This document shows, in pieces, positions 10,124-20,800 of a stretch of 64,000 nucleotides of DNA. Source of the stretch: an uncultured Bacteroidales bacterium (GTDB lineage: Bacteria > Bacteroidota > Bacteroidia > Bacteroidales > Muribaculaceae); NCBI GenBank assembly GCA_900539915.1, contig UQDU01000007.1, positions 5,264-69,263 of the forward strand, written 5' to 3'. The notes under the pieces were generated by a model, which was not told where the DNA came from, made no database searches, and saw only the letters and a program-made list of their open reading frames with translations. Every line of letters starts with the position of its first letter. Within the stretch, counting starts at the first letter, position 1. A program made the position numbers and the translations under genes.

Positions 10124-12178
10124 GTGAAAAATGCTAATTTTGTAATGAAAAACATTCCTGCTATGAAAACACGAATCCGATTGTTGACTATATTGTCAGT
10201 CATTATATTCATGGGCGTTTCATCTGCCAATGCCCAGATGGAGAATCCTGTGCGATGGACGGTCAAGTCCGTGGAAAATGCTTCGGCACGTACTGTGACA
10301 CTGGAGATGTCGGCATCCATTGATGCCGGATGGCACATGTACAGCAACCTCATAGACCCCAATGTCGGCCCTACGCCTCTGAGCGTGGATGTCAAGGAGA
10401 TAAAGGGTGCTAAACCCGTCGGCACGCTACAGGCTTCCAAAGCTCCGGTGCATAAGTTTGACGATGTGTTCCAGGCCGAACTGAGCTGGTGGTCAGGACG
10501 GGTGACATTGAAGCGCACTTTTGAAATCACAGCCGATACATATGCCATCAGCGGCACGATAAGGTTTCAGGCATGTAACGACGGAAGCTGTCTGCCCCCG
10601 ACCAAGGAGCCGTTTGAGGTCAAGGGGACCATGGCCCCGGTTGCAGCGGTGCAGCCGGAAGGGTCAATGCAGCAGATGGCCGACTCCCTGCAAGCTGCTG
10701 CTGACGTGGCTGCCGCGGATACGGTAGCTTCTGCTGCCGTAAAGGATGAGGTCAGCGACCTGTGGGCACCGGTGACGTTTGTCGGCTCAAATGTGGCTGA
10801 TGACTACAAGTCGTCATCGCTGTGGTGGATATTCTTCACCTGCTTTCTCGGCGGATTCGTGGCATTGCTGACCCCGTGCGTGTGGCCTATGATACCGCTG
10901 ACGGTCAGCTTTTTCCTTAAGAAAGGCAAGAGCCGCAGCCGTGCGGTCGGTGATGCGCTGACCTACGGCTTGTCCATCATCGTGATATATGTGTTGCTCG
11001 GCATGGTGGTCACTCTGATATTCGGGGCTGATTCGCTCAATGCGTTGTCGACAAGTGCGGTGTGCAACATCATCTTTTTCCTATTGCTGGTGGTGTTTGC
11101 CGTGTCGTTTTTCGGTGCGTTTGACATAACGCTGCCTTCGAAGATGGTCAACCGTATTGATGCCCGTGCTGAAAAATCTACCGGTCTGCTCGGCATGTTT
11201 TTCATGGCGTTTACGCTGACGCTTGTGTCATTCTCGTGCACAGGCCCCATTATCGGCACCCTGCTGGTGGAAGCGGCTACGTCGGGCGACAAATTCGGAC
11301 CGATGGTAGGCATGTTTGGCTTCTCGCTCGCCTTGGCGATACCGTTTGCCCTTTTCGCCCTATTCCCCTCATGGTTGCAGAGCGCACCCAAGAGCGGAGG
11401 CTGGATGGGTACGGTCAAGGTGGTGCTCGGATTCATAGAGCTTGCCTTATCGCTCAAATTCCTCTCTGTGGCCGATCTGGCCTACGGCTGGCATATCCTT
11501 GACCGTGAGGTGTTCCTGTGTCTGTGGATTGCGGTGTTCGGTCTGCTTGGCGCTTACCTGATGGGATGGTTCAACTTCAAGCATTACGGACCTGCCGACT
11601 CGTCGATAGGTCTTGTACGATTTTTCCTTGCCATGGTGTCGTTTGCATTCACGATATATCTTGTGCCGGGTCTGTGGGGTGCTCCGCTCAAAGGTGTCAG
11701 CGCATTTGTTCCGCCGCTTTACACTCAGGATTTCAACCTCTACGGCGATGGCTTCAAGGAGTACCATGACTATGACGAGGGCATGGCCGTTGCCGCCCGG
11801 GAGAATAAGCCTGTATTCGTGGACTTCTCGGGCTACGGATGTGTCAACTGCCGCAAGATGGAAGGGGCAGTCCTGGACCAGCCCGATATAAAGGCCATGA
11901 TTGACGATAACTTCGTGGTCATCAAGCTCATGGTCGACGAGAAGAAAGAGCTGCCACAGCCGCGTAAGGTGGTGGAAAACGGACGTGAAATCACGCTCGA
12001 CACCTATGGGGAGCTGTGGAGCTATCTCCAGCGCAGCAAGTTCGGAGCCAATGCGCAGCCATATTACGTGGTGCTTGACACGCACGGGCGTCTGCTCTCC
12101 GGGCCTTACAGCTATGATGAGAATGTGGCCAAGTTCGCGCGGTTTCTTGAGCAGGGCATCAGCGGCTTCAAAAAGTAG
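10124..12178 (+). CDS. dsbD: thiol:disulfide interchange protein DsbD (N-terminal alpha domain, CcdA-like membrane core, C-terminal thioredoxin domain)
   Basis: 684 aa. Membrane CxxC (TPCVWPMIP) and C-terminal thioredoxin CxxC (GYGCVNCRKME). The start could be any of several Met residues between 10124 and 10166. Confidence 0.85.
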   Translation: MKNANFVMKNIPAMKTRIRLLTILSVIIFMGVSSANAQMENPVRWTVKSVENASARTVTLEMSASIDAGWHMYSNLIDPNVGPTPLSVDVKEIKGAKPVGTLQASKAPVHKFDDVFQAELSWWSGRVTLKRTFEITADTYAISGTIRFQACNDGSCLPPTKEPFEVKGTMAPVAAVQPEGSMQQMADSLQAAADVAAADTVASAAVKDEVSDLWAPVTFVGSNVADDYKSSSLWWIFFTCFLGGFVALLTPCVWPMIPLTVSFFLKKGKSRSRAVGDALTYGLSIIVIYVLLGMVVTLIFGADSLNALSTSAVCNIIFFLLLVVFAVSFFGAFDITLPSKMVNRIDARAEKSTGLLGMFFMAFTLTLVSFSCTGPIIGTLLVEAATSGDKFGPMVGMFGFSLALAIPFALFALFPSWLQSAPKSGGWMGTVKVVLGFIELALSLKFLSVADLAYGWHILDREVFLCLWIAVFGLLGAYLMGWFNFKHYGPADSSIGLVRFFLAMVSFAFTIYLVPGLWGAPLKGVSAFVPPLYTQDFNLYGDGFKEYHDYDEGMAVAARENKPVFVDFSGYGCVNCRKMEGAVLDQPDIKAMIDDNFVVIKLMVDEKKELPQPRKVVENGREITLDTYGELWSYLQRSKFGANAQPYYVVLDTHGRLLSGPYSYDENVAKFARFLEQGISGFKK

Positions 12179-12635
12179 CGGAGCGGCGGTTTTTGCGGTA
12201 GAAATTCCATAGCTTTTTGCCTATACTTCTCAGTCGGGGGCCTTGCTCGAGGTTCTCAAGGACGCTTATTGCTTCTATCAGGATATGGCCGGCGGCTCCC
12301 AATGATGTCAGCCATAGAAACGGTGGCGGCGTAGACACGCCGTTATGGCTGAGAAACAGGCAGCTGAGCACTATGGCGGTGTCTATGCCGGTCAGCATGG
12401 CCATCAGCACCAGATATGACAGGAGTTTGCCCACGGTGCGTCGCAGACCGTGGGATGTGCGTCGGATGCCGGTGCGCTTGGCTTTGCGGATGCCGCTCCA
12501 CAGGTCTATGAGCACGGACATCACCACGGCGGTGTATTCCGAAGCCCCTATGATGCAGAGCTGTACTATGCAGGGCAGCGATGTGTCGGGGTCGGGCAGA
12601 AAGAGGGCTGAAACGAGAAAAGAGATGGTTTTCAT
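12168..12635 (-). CDS. phage-holin-family (Phage_holin_4_1-like) small membrane protein
   Basis: 155 aa, three TM helices and a basic KAKRTGIRRTSHGLRRTVGKLLSY segment. Its 3' end overlaps the dsbD stop by 11 nt (convergent). Confidence 0.5.
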   Translation of the reverse strand: MKTISFLVSALFLPDPDTSLPCIVQLCIIGASEYTAVVMSVLIDLWSGIRKAKRTGIRRTSHGLRRTVGKLLSYLVLMAMLTGIDTAIVLSCLFLSHNGVSTPPPFLWLTSLGAAGHILIEAISVLENLEQGPRLRSIGKKLWNFYRKNRRSATF

Positions 12636-12713
12636 GTCGTGAGCATTGATGGATGGATGGGTGGGCTCACGACAAAATTACGCCCGTAATCAGCACGCGG
12701 ACGTGCGAGAATA

Positions 12714-13142
12714 TCAGTATATGAGCATCCAGTAGGCTCCGCAGTCGCGCAGGTAGCGTATCCGTTCCCACGGTATCAGTTCGTCAGCCGGGACACGCCT
12801 GTCGGGGTCGTGACGGTACTCTATCCTGACGCTGCGGCCGCGGCATATGACGAGGCGGTGGGGCAGCACTGCGCGTGCTGTCTCGGGCTTGAGGGCGTAG
12901 CTGTAGAAGATTATCAGTATGACCGACGGGATGAGCACCATTATCAGCATAAGGGCCACAAGAGCCCATCGGATGTCATGCAGAGCCAGCGCGACTGCCG
13001 CGAGGACTATCGGGGGTGCTGCCAGTATGATGCCCCATATCCGCAGCCAGCGACCGAGCATATGGCGTACCATGGCGCCTACGGGCACTTTGAAGTAATC
13101 GGTAGTGATGCAGCCTTCGGTCACCATATCTCCTTTTTCCAT
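12714..13142 (-). CDS. hypothetical small membrane protein (2 TM)
   Basis: 142-aa ORF with two hydrophobic helices. Its 3' end overlaps the upstream membrane-protein gene by 22 nt. Confidence 0.45.
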   Translation of the reverse strand: MEKGDMVTEGCITTDYFKVPVGAMVRHMLGRWLRIWGIILAAPPIVLAAVALALHDIRWALVALMLIMVLIPSVILIIFYSYALKPETARAVLPHRLVICRGRSVRIEYRHDPDRRVPADELIPWERIRYLRDCGAYWMLIY

Positions 13143-15289
13143 TTCTGAGGCAACAATGATATGATTTTATCCACAAGCCGAGGCATCCACCGCCGCTTGT
13201 AGTGGAATACAATCGCGGCCACCAGCCATAAGGCCAAGAATGAGACGGCGATGGAGCCCCATAGCTCCGCAGAAAATCCCTGTGCTTTAAATAACCGTGC
13301 CTCAAAACCGTACATCAGGAAGCCCACTTTGCTGTCCTGGAGCAGGTAGCATCCCAAGGAGGCCACTCCGAGAAGATTGACAATTTTGTTGTGAAACGAG
13401 AAACGGATGAAAAAACACACGAAGAAAAATGCGCTCAGATTCACCAGCAGACCCTGTCGCTGATAGGGGGAGAATAGAGATTTCTGCATGTCAGGCTCGT
13501 CTACAGCTGGGAGGTGAAGCACTCCCTGCAAGGTCGCAAACAACAGGAATCCGGCAATGAGGCTCCACAGCGGCATGGCGCGGAGCGCATGCTCTCTTGC
13601 CATCCACCATCCCACCACGTAGAGCCATAGGAAATAGAACATGACATCGGCAGGGTACAGGTAGTCTTGGTAGTCGAATCCCCAGTAGTTATACATGTCA
13701 TGCAGAGGGTTCTGGCCTAACCATCCGCAATAGATTCCGGCACACGTGAGCATGAGCGTCAGGAGTCTCAGCGACTTAAGGTCAAAGCGGCTCAGGCCTT
13801 TGTTGACCAGAGGGGTGAGGGTAATCAGCAGCAGATATGCCTTGATAAACCAGTAGTGGCTGCTGCCTATGGGGAATATGATGGATTTGACAAGGTCGGT
13901 CAGGGTGTGGTATTCGGCGTGGGTCTTGCCGAGCAGTGCGATAATCGCGAGTGAAAGCAGATTGAACAGCAGGACTGTCAGCCATATGTTGATGACCGAT
14001 TTCCACGTGAGACGCAATCCCATGACACCTAACAGCATCACGTAAACCGACACGCAACACGAGTTGATGCCGAAGATGATTATGCCCCAGGGGTCATACA
14101 GGGAGAAGTCGGGCGCGGTCTTGGAAAATGTAAGATGCTCCATCAATATCATCGACATGGCCAGGATGCGTGCAAGCTCGATAGAGGAGTTGCGGCGCGA
14201 TGAACGTGCCACGGTAGGGGTTGGGACGAGCGGAACAGCCGGGGCGGTGGCGCGTAATGCCGGAAGGCGTCGGGCTATGAAGACTGTAATCAGTAACAGA
14301 GGCTCGTAGATTAGCCATGAGATTACAGCGGCAAATGCTGTAGTCGACAGGCAGATGGTTACCACTGTGACAAGGTTGGCTTTAATCGACAGCTCTATGT
14401 CGTTCATCAGATGTGGGGCGGCAGGTCCCGTTATCAGCATGAACGTGCCGAGGATGGCGGTGGCGAGCCACGGTGGCCCCTGATACGCCCGTCGGTGCCG
14501 TGCGGCATATGCAAAAAGCAGGATGGAAGCCGTCAGGCTGAGGGCATTGTTGGCATGCCCGGAAGTGAACCAATATGTCCACGGTCCGCTCCGCCAGTCG
14601 TGGAGGTAGATTACTGCCCCAAGAACCGTGATGCACGCCACGCTGCCCATGACAAGCCATCGTGAAGGAAACCGTTTGAACCCTTGTGACGAATTAATGT
14701 AATATCCGGTTACATACAGGTATATGAAGTAGTATAGATTCCACTGCCACCATGCCAGATAATTCTCTGCCAGCCATCCGCATAGGATGACTGAAGCGGT
14801 CAGGATTATGACGAACGACCTTAGCTGGAATCTGTCAAGCGCGGCAAGCCCCCTGTTGATGAGCGGAGAGAGTATCAGCAGGAAGAGGTATCCGTGTATC
14901 AGCCGATACGGCATGGATGATACAGGGAAGAATATCATGGTAGCAGCCGTGGTCAGCAGATTTCGGTGGCTGGACGTGGCTGTGTCCCATGCCTCTATGT
15001 GCGAGCCGGCCACAGATACCAGCGCGAGATTGACCGCGTCATATGACAGCACCACTAATATCAGCATTATCAATGATTTCCATGACAGCCGCAGTCCGCA
15101 GCATCCGATGGTAAGGCAGAGGAGGTTGATGCCGATACCGAGGATGTTCTCCGCAAAGAGCAGCGTCGACGATGAGGCGTCCCAGCTGCTTCCGACGTTG
15201 AGGACTGCATACATGGCCACCGTCATCGTCACGGCGATGGCGGCTGTCACGGCAATGGATTCCTGTCTGAACGGCTGTGGGAGGGTCAT
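13121..15289 (-). CDS. polytopic membrane protein with internal tandem duplication (two homologous halves of about 360 aa; acyltransferase-3/EpsG-like)
   Basis: 722 aa. FFPVSSMPYRLIHGYLFLLILSPLINRGLAALDRFQLRSF...CGWL in the first half aligns with IFPIGSSHYWFIKAYLLLITLTPLVNKGLSRFDLKSLRLL...CGWL in the second. Confidence 0.6.
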   Translation of the reverse strand: MTLPQPFRQESIAVTAAIAVTMTVAMYAVLNVGSSWDASSSTLLFAENILGIGINLLCLTIGCCGLRLSWKSLIMLILVVLSYDAVNLALVSVAGSHIEAWDTATSSHRNLLTTAATMIFFPVSSMPYRLIHGYLFLLILSPLINRGLAALDRFQLRSFVIILTASVILCGWLAENYLAWWQWNLYYFIYLYVTGYYINSSQGFKRFPSRWLVMGSVACITVLGAVIYLHDWRSGPWTYWFTSGHANNALSLTASILLFAYAARHRRAYQGPPWLATAILGTFMLITGPAAPHLMNDIELSIKANLVTVVTICLSTTAFAAVISWLIYEPLLLITVFIARRLPALRATAPAVPLVPTPTVARSSRRNSSIELARILAMSMILMEHLTFSKTAPDFSLYDPWGIIIFGINSCCVSVYVMLLGVMGLRLTWKSVINIWLTVLLFNLLSLAIIALLGKTHAEYHTLTDLVKSIIFPIGSSHYWFIKAYLLLITLTPLVNKGLSRFDLKSLRLLTLMLTCAGIYCGWLGQNPLHDMYNYWGFDYQDYLYPADVMFYFLWLYVVGWWMAREHALRAMPLWSLIAGFLLFATLQGVLHLPAVDEPDMQKSLFSPYQRQGLLVNLSAFFFVCFFIRFSFHNKIVNLLGVASLGCYLLQDSKVGFLMYGFEARLFKAQGFSAELWGSIAVSFLALWLVAAIVFHYKRRWMPRLVDKIISLLPQKWKKEIW

Positions 15290-15305
15290 CGGTGTAGAAA
15301 AGTCG

Positions 15306-16670
15306 TCAGGTGAACAGAGCTTTGAAGGCCTCTTCGACTTTTGACACTTCGATGCAGCGTATCTTCATCTTGGTGGTGTCGATGCCCTTGAGGTTGCCGC
15401 GAGGGATGAGGATGGTGGACATGCCGAGTTTCTCGGCCTCAAGGATGCGCTGCTCTATGCGTGTGACGGGGCGTATCTCCCCGGAGAGGCCGATTTCGCC
15501 GGCCATGCACATGTCCCTTGGCACCGCGAGGTCCACATTGCTTGACATTATGGCGGCTGTCACGGCCAGGTCAAGGGCCGGGTCGTTGACTTTTATGCCT
15601 CCGGCTATGTTGAGAAACACGTCCTTGGATACGAGGTGGAATCCGGCACGTTTCTCCAGCACAGCCAGGAGCATATTCATGCGTTTGGAGTCGAAGCCTG
15701 TGACGGCTCGCTGTGGAGTGCCGTAGGCGGCGGTGGATACAAGTGCCTGTACCTCTATCATAAATGGGCGGATGCCGTCGAGGGTGACACCCACGGCTAT
15801 GCCTGACAGTTCCTCCTCCGAACGGCTCAGCAGCATCTCCGACGGATTCGCGACTTCGCGCAGACCGCGCTGGCACATCTCGTAGATGCCCAGCTCCGAG
15901 GTGCTTCCGAAGCGGTTTTTGATGCTTCGGAGTATGCGGTACATATAGTGCTTGTCGCCCTCGAAGTGCAGCACCACGTCCACTATGTGCTCAAGCACTT
16001 TCGGGCCGGCTATGCTGCCCTCCTTGGTGATATGGCCTATGAGGAGCACCGGCACTCCTGATGTCTTGGAGTAGCGCAGCAGCCGGGCGGCACATTCGCG
16101 TACCTGGCTGACGCTTCCGGCCGATGACTCTATGGCATCGGATGCTATGGTCTGTATGGAGTCGACTACGAGGAGCTGCGGCTTGACATTGTCTATGTGG
16201 TCCATGATGGTCTCCAGCGATGTCTCGCACACGATATAGCAGTTTTCGCTAAGCCGTCCGAGGCGTTCGGCCCGCATCTTGAGCTGGGCTGCGCTTTCCT
16301 CGCCTGACACGTAGAGTATGCGGCGGCTCTTGATTGACAGCACGTTCTGCAACACGAGCGTGGATTTACCTATGCCCGGCTCGCCGCCTATCAGCACCAT
16401 CGAGCCGGTCACAAGGCCTCCGCCAAGCACACGGTTAAGCTCGTCGGAGGGCATGTGTATGCGTTCTTCGTCGCTGTGGGGTATCTCAGAAACTTTGACA
16501 GGACGGCTCTTCAGCTCCCGGGAGGCCAGCGGAGCCTTTGACGACGAGGGTATGACACGTTCCTCGACCATGGTGTTCCATTGGCCGCACTGGGGGCATC
16601 TTCCCTCCCATTTCGGTGACTCCGCGCCACATTCGGTGCAGAACCATGCTGTCTTGATTTTCTTTGCCAT
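15306..16670 (-). CDS. radA: DNA repair protein RadA/Sms
   Basis: 454 aa. N-terminal C4 zinc finger (CTECGAESPKWEGRCPQCGQW), Walker A GEPGIGKST, KNRFG motif and a C-terminal Lon-like domain. Confidence 0.9.
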   Translation of the reverse strand: MAKKIKTAWFCTECGAESPKWEGRCPQCGQWNTMVEERVIPSSSKAPLASRELKSRPVKVSEIPHSDEERIHMPSDELNRVLGGGLVTGSMVLIGGEPGIGKSTLVLQNVLSIKSRRILYVSGEESAAQLKMRAERLGRLSENCYIVCETSLETIMDHIDNVKPQLLVVDSIQTIASDAIESSAGSVSQVRECAARLLRYSKTSGVPVLLIGHITKEGSIAGPKVLEHIVDVVLHFEGDKHYMYRILRSIKNRFGSTSELGIYEMCQRGLREVANPSEMLLSRSEEELSGIAVGVTLDGIRPFMIEVQALVSTAAYGTPQRAVTGFDSKRMNMLLAVLEKRAGFHLVSKDVFLNIAGGIKVNDPALDLAVTAAIMSSNVDLAVPRDMCMAGEIGLSGEIRPVTRIEQRILEAEKLGMSTILIPRGNLKGIDTTKMKIRCIEVSKVEEAFKALFT

Positions 16671-16736
16671 AGCATCACAAAGATAGCGAATATGTGGGAA
16701 AAGATGTAACTTTGCCTCTAAAATAGACTGGTCATT

Positions 16737-17501
16737 ATGAAATCACAGCAGCAGATTGTAGGCGAACTTGTAGGTGTGGGCGTGGCTAAGACGGCTTATC
16801 CGCCGATGCAGAAATTTGTGCGGACGTTGATGGCCGGAGCTTTTATAGCTCTGGGAGGCATCCTGTCGGTGGTCGCGTCGGCCGGCTTTGCCGACAATCC
16901 GTCGGCTCAGAAAATCGTTTCGGGGCTGGCGTTCCCTATAGGGTTGCTGCTGACGGTGGTTTTCGGGGCCGAACTGTTCACTGGCAATTGTGCCGTGCTG
17001 ATGCCTGGAGCCATCAGGGGGAGCCTGTCTGTAGGTCAAGTGATTGGGAATCTTGCGGCGGTGTGGGCAGGTAATTTTGTCGGGGCGTTGGCCGTTGTCG
17101 CTCTGATGGTCATGGGCAGCGGACTGCTTGACGCGGCTCCGTTTTCATCGGTGATAGTGAAGATGGCCGACATGAAGGTGTCATTGGACCCCATGACGGC
17201 TTTCTGGCGCGGTATAGGGTGCAACTGGCTCGTCTGTCTGGCCATATGGCTTGCACTGACCTCTGACAGTCTTGTCGGTAAGGCGGTCGGTTGCTGGATT
17301 CCTGTGGCGGCATTCGTGATTCTCGGTCTTGAGCACTCCGTGGCCAACATGTTTTTCATCCCTGCCGGCATGTATGTGTCAGGCTGCTGGGATTTTGCCG
17401 CACTCATCGGCAATCTCCTTCCTGTCACCCTCGGCAACATCGTCGGCGGCTCTCTCTTTGTAGGCTGCCTCGCCGCATGGCTCTACCGCCCGAAGGAGTG
17501 A
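16737..17501 (+). CDS. formate/nitrite transporter (FNT) family channel
   Basis: 254 aa with six TM helices and the FNT signature regions. Confidence 0.8.
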   Translation: MKSQQQIVGELVGVGVAKTAYPPMQKFVRTLMAGAFIALGGILSVVASAGFADNPSAQKIVSGLAFPIGLLLTVVFGAELFTGNCAVLMPGAIRGSLSVGQVIGNLAAVWAGNFVGALAVVALMVMGSGLLDAAPFSSVIVKMADMKVSLDPMTAFWRGIGCNWLVCLAIWLALTSDSLVGKAVGCWIPVAAFVILGLEHSVANMFFIPAGMYVSGCWDFAALIGNLLPVTLGNIVGGSLFVGCLAAWLYRPKE

Positions 17502-17530
17502 GGTGCGGCGGATGATGCGTAGGCTTAATG

Positions 17531-17580
17531 AATAAAAAAAAAGATGATGAAGCGGAAAGCTTCATCATCTTTGGGCTTTT
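17531..17580. terminator. bidirectional rho-independent terminator between the FNT gene (+) and tRNA-Pro (-)
   Basis: Hairpin AAGATGATGAAGC-ggaaa-GCTTCATCATCTT. A run of 10 A precedes it on the plus strand, which is a T-run after the hairpin on the minus strand; TGGGCTTTT follows on the plus strand. Confidence 0.7.
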
Positions 17581-17585
17581 GTAGT

Positions 17586-17662
17586 TGGTCGGGGTGACTA
17601 GACTCGAACTAGCGACCTCACGCCCCCCAGACGCGTACTCTAACCAACTGAGCTACACCCCG
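17586..17662 (-). tRNA. tRNA-Pro (anticodon GGG)
   Basis: The reverse complement folds as a cloverleaf: acceptor CGGGGTG/CACCCCG, D-arm GCTCAGTTGGTTAGAGT, anticodon loop CTGGGGG, T-arm GCTAG-TTCGAGT-CTAGT, discriminator A, and an encoded CCA. Confidence 0.8.
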
Positions 17663-17830
17663 ATTTTGTTTTCAAAAGCGATGCAAAGGTAAGGAGTTTT
17701 GCGGAATGATGCAATACCTCGCGCCAAAAATTATCACATTTTAACAGAACCGCGGATTCAATAGGGTGCACCGAGGTCTGCGCTCCTGCAGGTGAGTGTT
17801 TTGCAACATGGCTCTGACTGTCGAGGCGCC

Positions 17831-20800
17831 CTATGATTTGGGGGCGAGAAAACGGCGCATGCTGTCGGTGGGCAGTCCGCGGCGTCGGGCGTAGTCTTCA
17901 AACTGCTCCCGGGTTATCTCTCCTACGCTGAAATACCGGGCTTCGTCGCGGATGATGAAGAAGCCGGTTGTGGTGGCCTGGGGGTAGAGTGCTCCGTTTT
18001 CGGTATATGAGATTCCCAGCGATTTGTAGTCAAGCAGTTTGTCGGCCTCAAATATGAGCGATTGGTCGGGCATGGACTGGTAGCCGATGGCCGGACGTAT
18101 GCCGCGACCCTGGGAGATGCGCTGGTGGAGCATCTCTGTGGCCGCCTCGGCGAGCCTGTCGGCTATGGACTGGTGGAGCATCGCCGAAAATTCGTCGCCT
18201 GATGCGCGTCGTGATTCTATGCGGTCCTGGATGTCGGTACCGGCAGTGCATGTGAAGAATGTCAGGCGGTCAGGAGGGCACTGCGCACCGTCGGGAGCCT
18301 CGGCGATGAAATCGGCCAACGCTAATCTCGGCTGATTGCCGGCATCGGTCTGCTGGCGCAGGGTGGGGAACACCACTTCCTCGTTGTCCTTATAGATGAT
18401 TATGTCGTTGCCTCTGGAGGCGGCGGCATAGGTGGCTGTGCGCACTCTTATGCCTTGCGGAATGCTCTCCGTCAGGCTGTCGAGCAGACGGTTTGCCTCC
18501 TTGATGAGCTGCATGGCCTCCGCTCCCTTCATGCGCTTGTCCTCGGGCAGTGAGGCGAGCCACTGTGCGCGGCAGTGGTCGCAGCCTTTGATGTCGGTCA
18601 TGGATGCCAGCGATGCGTCCAATCCCCATGCTATGAGGAAAGCGCGCCAGTTGATATATCCGCGAACCTCTGAAATCGGGAAATGATGGTCGGCCACCCC
18701 TACAGGGAGGGGAGATGAGAGGGTGCCGTCGGTAGGAGCCTTGTGGCGCAGTGAGTTTGCTTTGTCAAGAGTCAGAAGTGTTGCTGAAGGTGTGGCATGT
18801 GAGGCTCTCAGTCGGGCCTGTTGCTCCTGAAGGGCTCGGATGGCTTCCTGTCGGGTGGCCGGATTGAGCCATTGACGCGCTACGACAGGGAGTTGGGCGG
18901 CATCGACTGTGTGGAATACCTGTCCGCTGTAGCCCGGGGCTATGCGGACGGCTGTGTGTATGGCCGATGTGGCCGCTCCACCTACGAAAAGAGGTATCTG
19001 CAAGCCCTCGCGCTCCATCAGTGCGGCAAATGCCTGCATCTCGTGGAGCGAAGGGGTAATCAGACCGCTCAGGCCTATCATGTCCGCTTTGAAATCGCGT
19101 GCATGGGCGAGGATTGTCTCTGCCGGAACCATCACCCCGAGGTCATCGACACGGAAACCGTTGCAGCGGAGTATGATGGCCACGATGTTCTTGCCTATGT
19201 CATGCACATCGCCCTTGACGGTAGCGAGCACTACACGCGGAGCATCTGATGACTGGTCGGAGATGCCGGAAGCCGATGCCTGTTCGATGTAGGGTGTCAG
19301 CCATTTGACGGCCTCCTTCATGGCTCCGGCGCTCTTGACCACCTGGGGGAGGAAGATGCGGCCGTCGGCAAACAGGCGTCCCACCTCGTTCATCCCGGCC
19401 ATCAGGCTGCCGTCGACAATCTCCATGGCCGATTTCCCGGCTGTGATTTCGCTCTGTAGCAGCGTCTCTATGCCGTCGTGGCGGCCACGCACTATCATGT
19501 CGGCTATCTGCTCGGAGGCTGTTTTGGGCGCGTCGGAGGCTTTTGGTGCAGCTGCCGGACTTTTGGCTGCTGCCGTGGAAGCCAGGATGTCGGCGGCTAT
19601 CTCAACGAGGGTGTCTACTGCGTGGGGGGAGTCGTTGAGCAGCACATGGTCAACCGTCTCGATGAGGCGGCTGTCGAAGTCATCGGCTGTCTTCATGGCC
19701 GACGGATTGACGATACCCATGTCAAGTCCCTCGGCGAGGGTGATGAAGCGCGTGTGCATGGCTTCGCGGACCGTGTTGTTGCCGCGGAATGAGAACGACA
19801 GATTGCTTATGCCGCCGCTGACATGCACCCCGGGCATTTCGGCCTTGATGGATTTGCTGGCCTCGATGAATGCGCGTCCGAAATCGTTGTGGGCTTCTAT
19901 GCCGGTCGCAACGGCGAGCACGTTGGGGTCGAATATTATGTCACACGGCTGCAGTCCGGCTTTGTTGATGAGCAGGTCATACTGCCGGCGCACCACCTCC
20001 ATCTTGCGCCCGTAGGTGTCGGCCTGGCCTGTCTCGTCCATCGCCATCACCACCACGGCGCATCCCATGTCACGTATCTCGCGGGCGTGGCGCAGAAATG
20101 CGTCCTCACCCTCCTTCAAGGATATGGAGTTGACTATGCCGCGTCCGCGCAGGTGCTTCATACCCTCGGCGATAGCATCCCAGTTGCTGGAGTCAATCAT
20201 CACCGGGACGGTGGAGGTCACGCTGTCGGCGGCGAGAAGTTCAAGGAAACGGCCCATCTCGCGAGGGGCGTCCAGCATGGCATCGTCAACGTTGACATCT
20301 ATGACCGCCGCACCAGCGATGACCTGCGAACGGGCTATGTCTATGGCCTCGTCGAGTTTGTCCTCCTTGATGAGGCGCAGGAACTTGCGGCTACCGGCCA
20401 CGTTGCACCGTTCGCCTATCTTGACGAAATCGCCGCCATTGGCAGGTATGTCGGTCAGTTGCAGCCCGGCCAGGCGCATATGGTCGTCGGCATCAGGGAT
20501 AGGGCGTGGAGAAGCGGAGGCAGCTAAAGAGGCGAGGGCGCGTATGTGCTCCGGGGTGGTGCCGCAGCAGCCGCCTATGATGTTGAGCAGCCGAGCGTCA
20601 AGCAGCGGACTGATGGCCTCGGCCATCTTTTCGGGAGTCTCGTCATAACCGCCTGATTCATTGGGAAGTCCGGCGTTGGGGTAGAAGCTCACCGCACAGG
20701 GCACCGTGTCAAGCATCTTGATATACGGTATGAGCTGGTCGGCTCCGAATCCGCAGTTGAGTCCGATTGAGAGCGGTTCGGCATGGGCCACCGAGGCCAC

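Noticed and set aside
19305-20648. Several 200-240-aa plus-strand ORFs within metH (19305-20015, 19823-20527, 20016-20648)
   Set aside because: All are antisense to metH and have biased composition (Ser/Ala/Arg/Met-rich).
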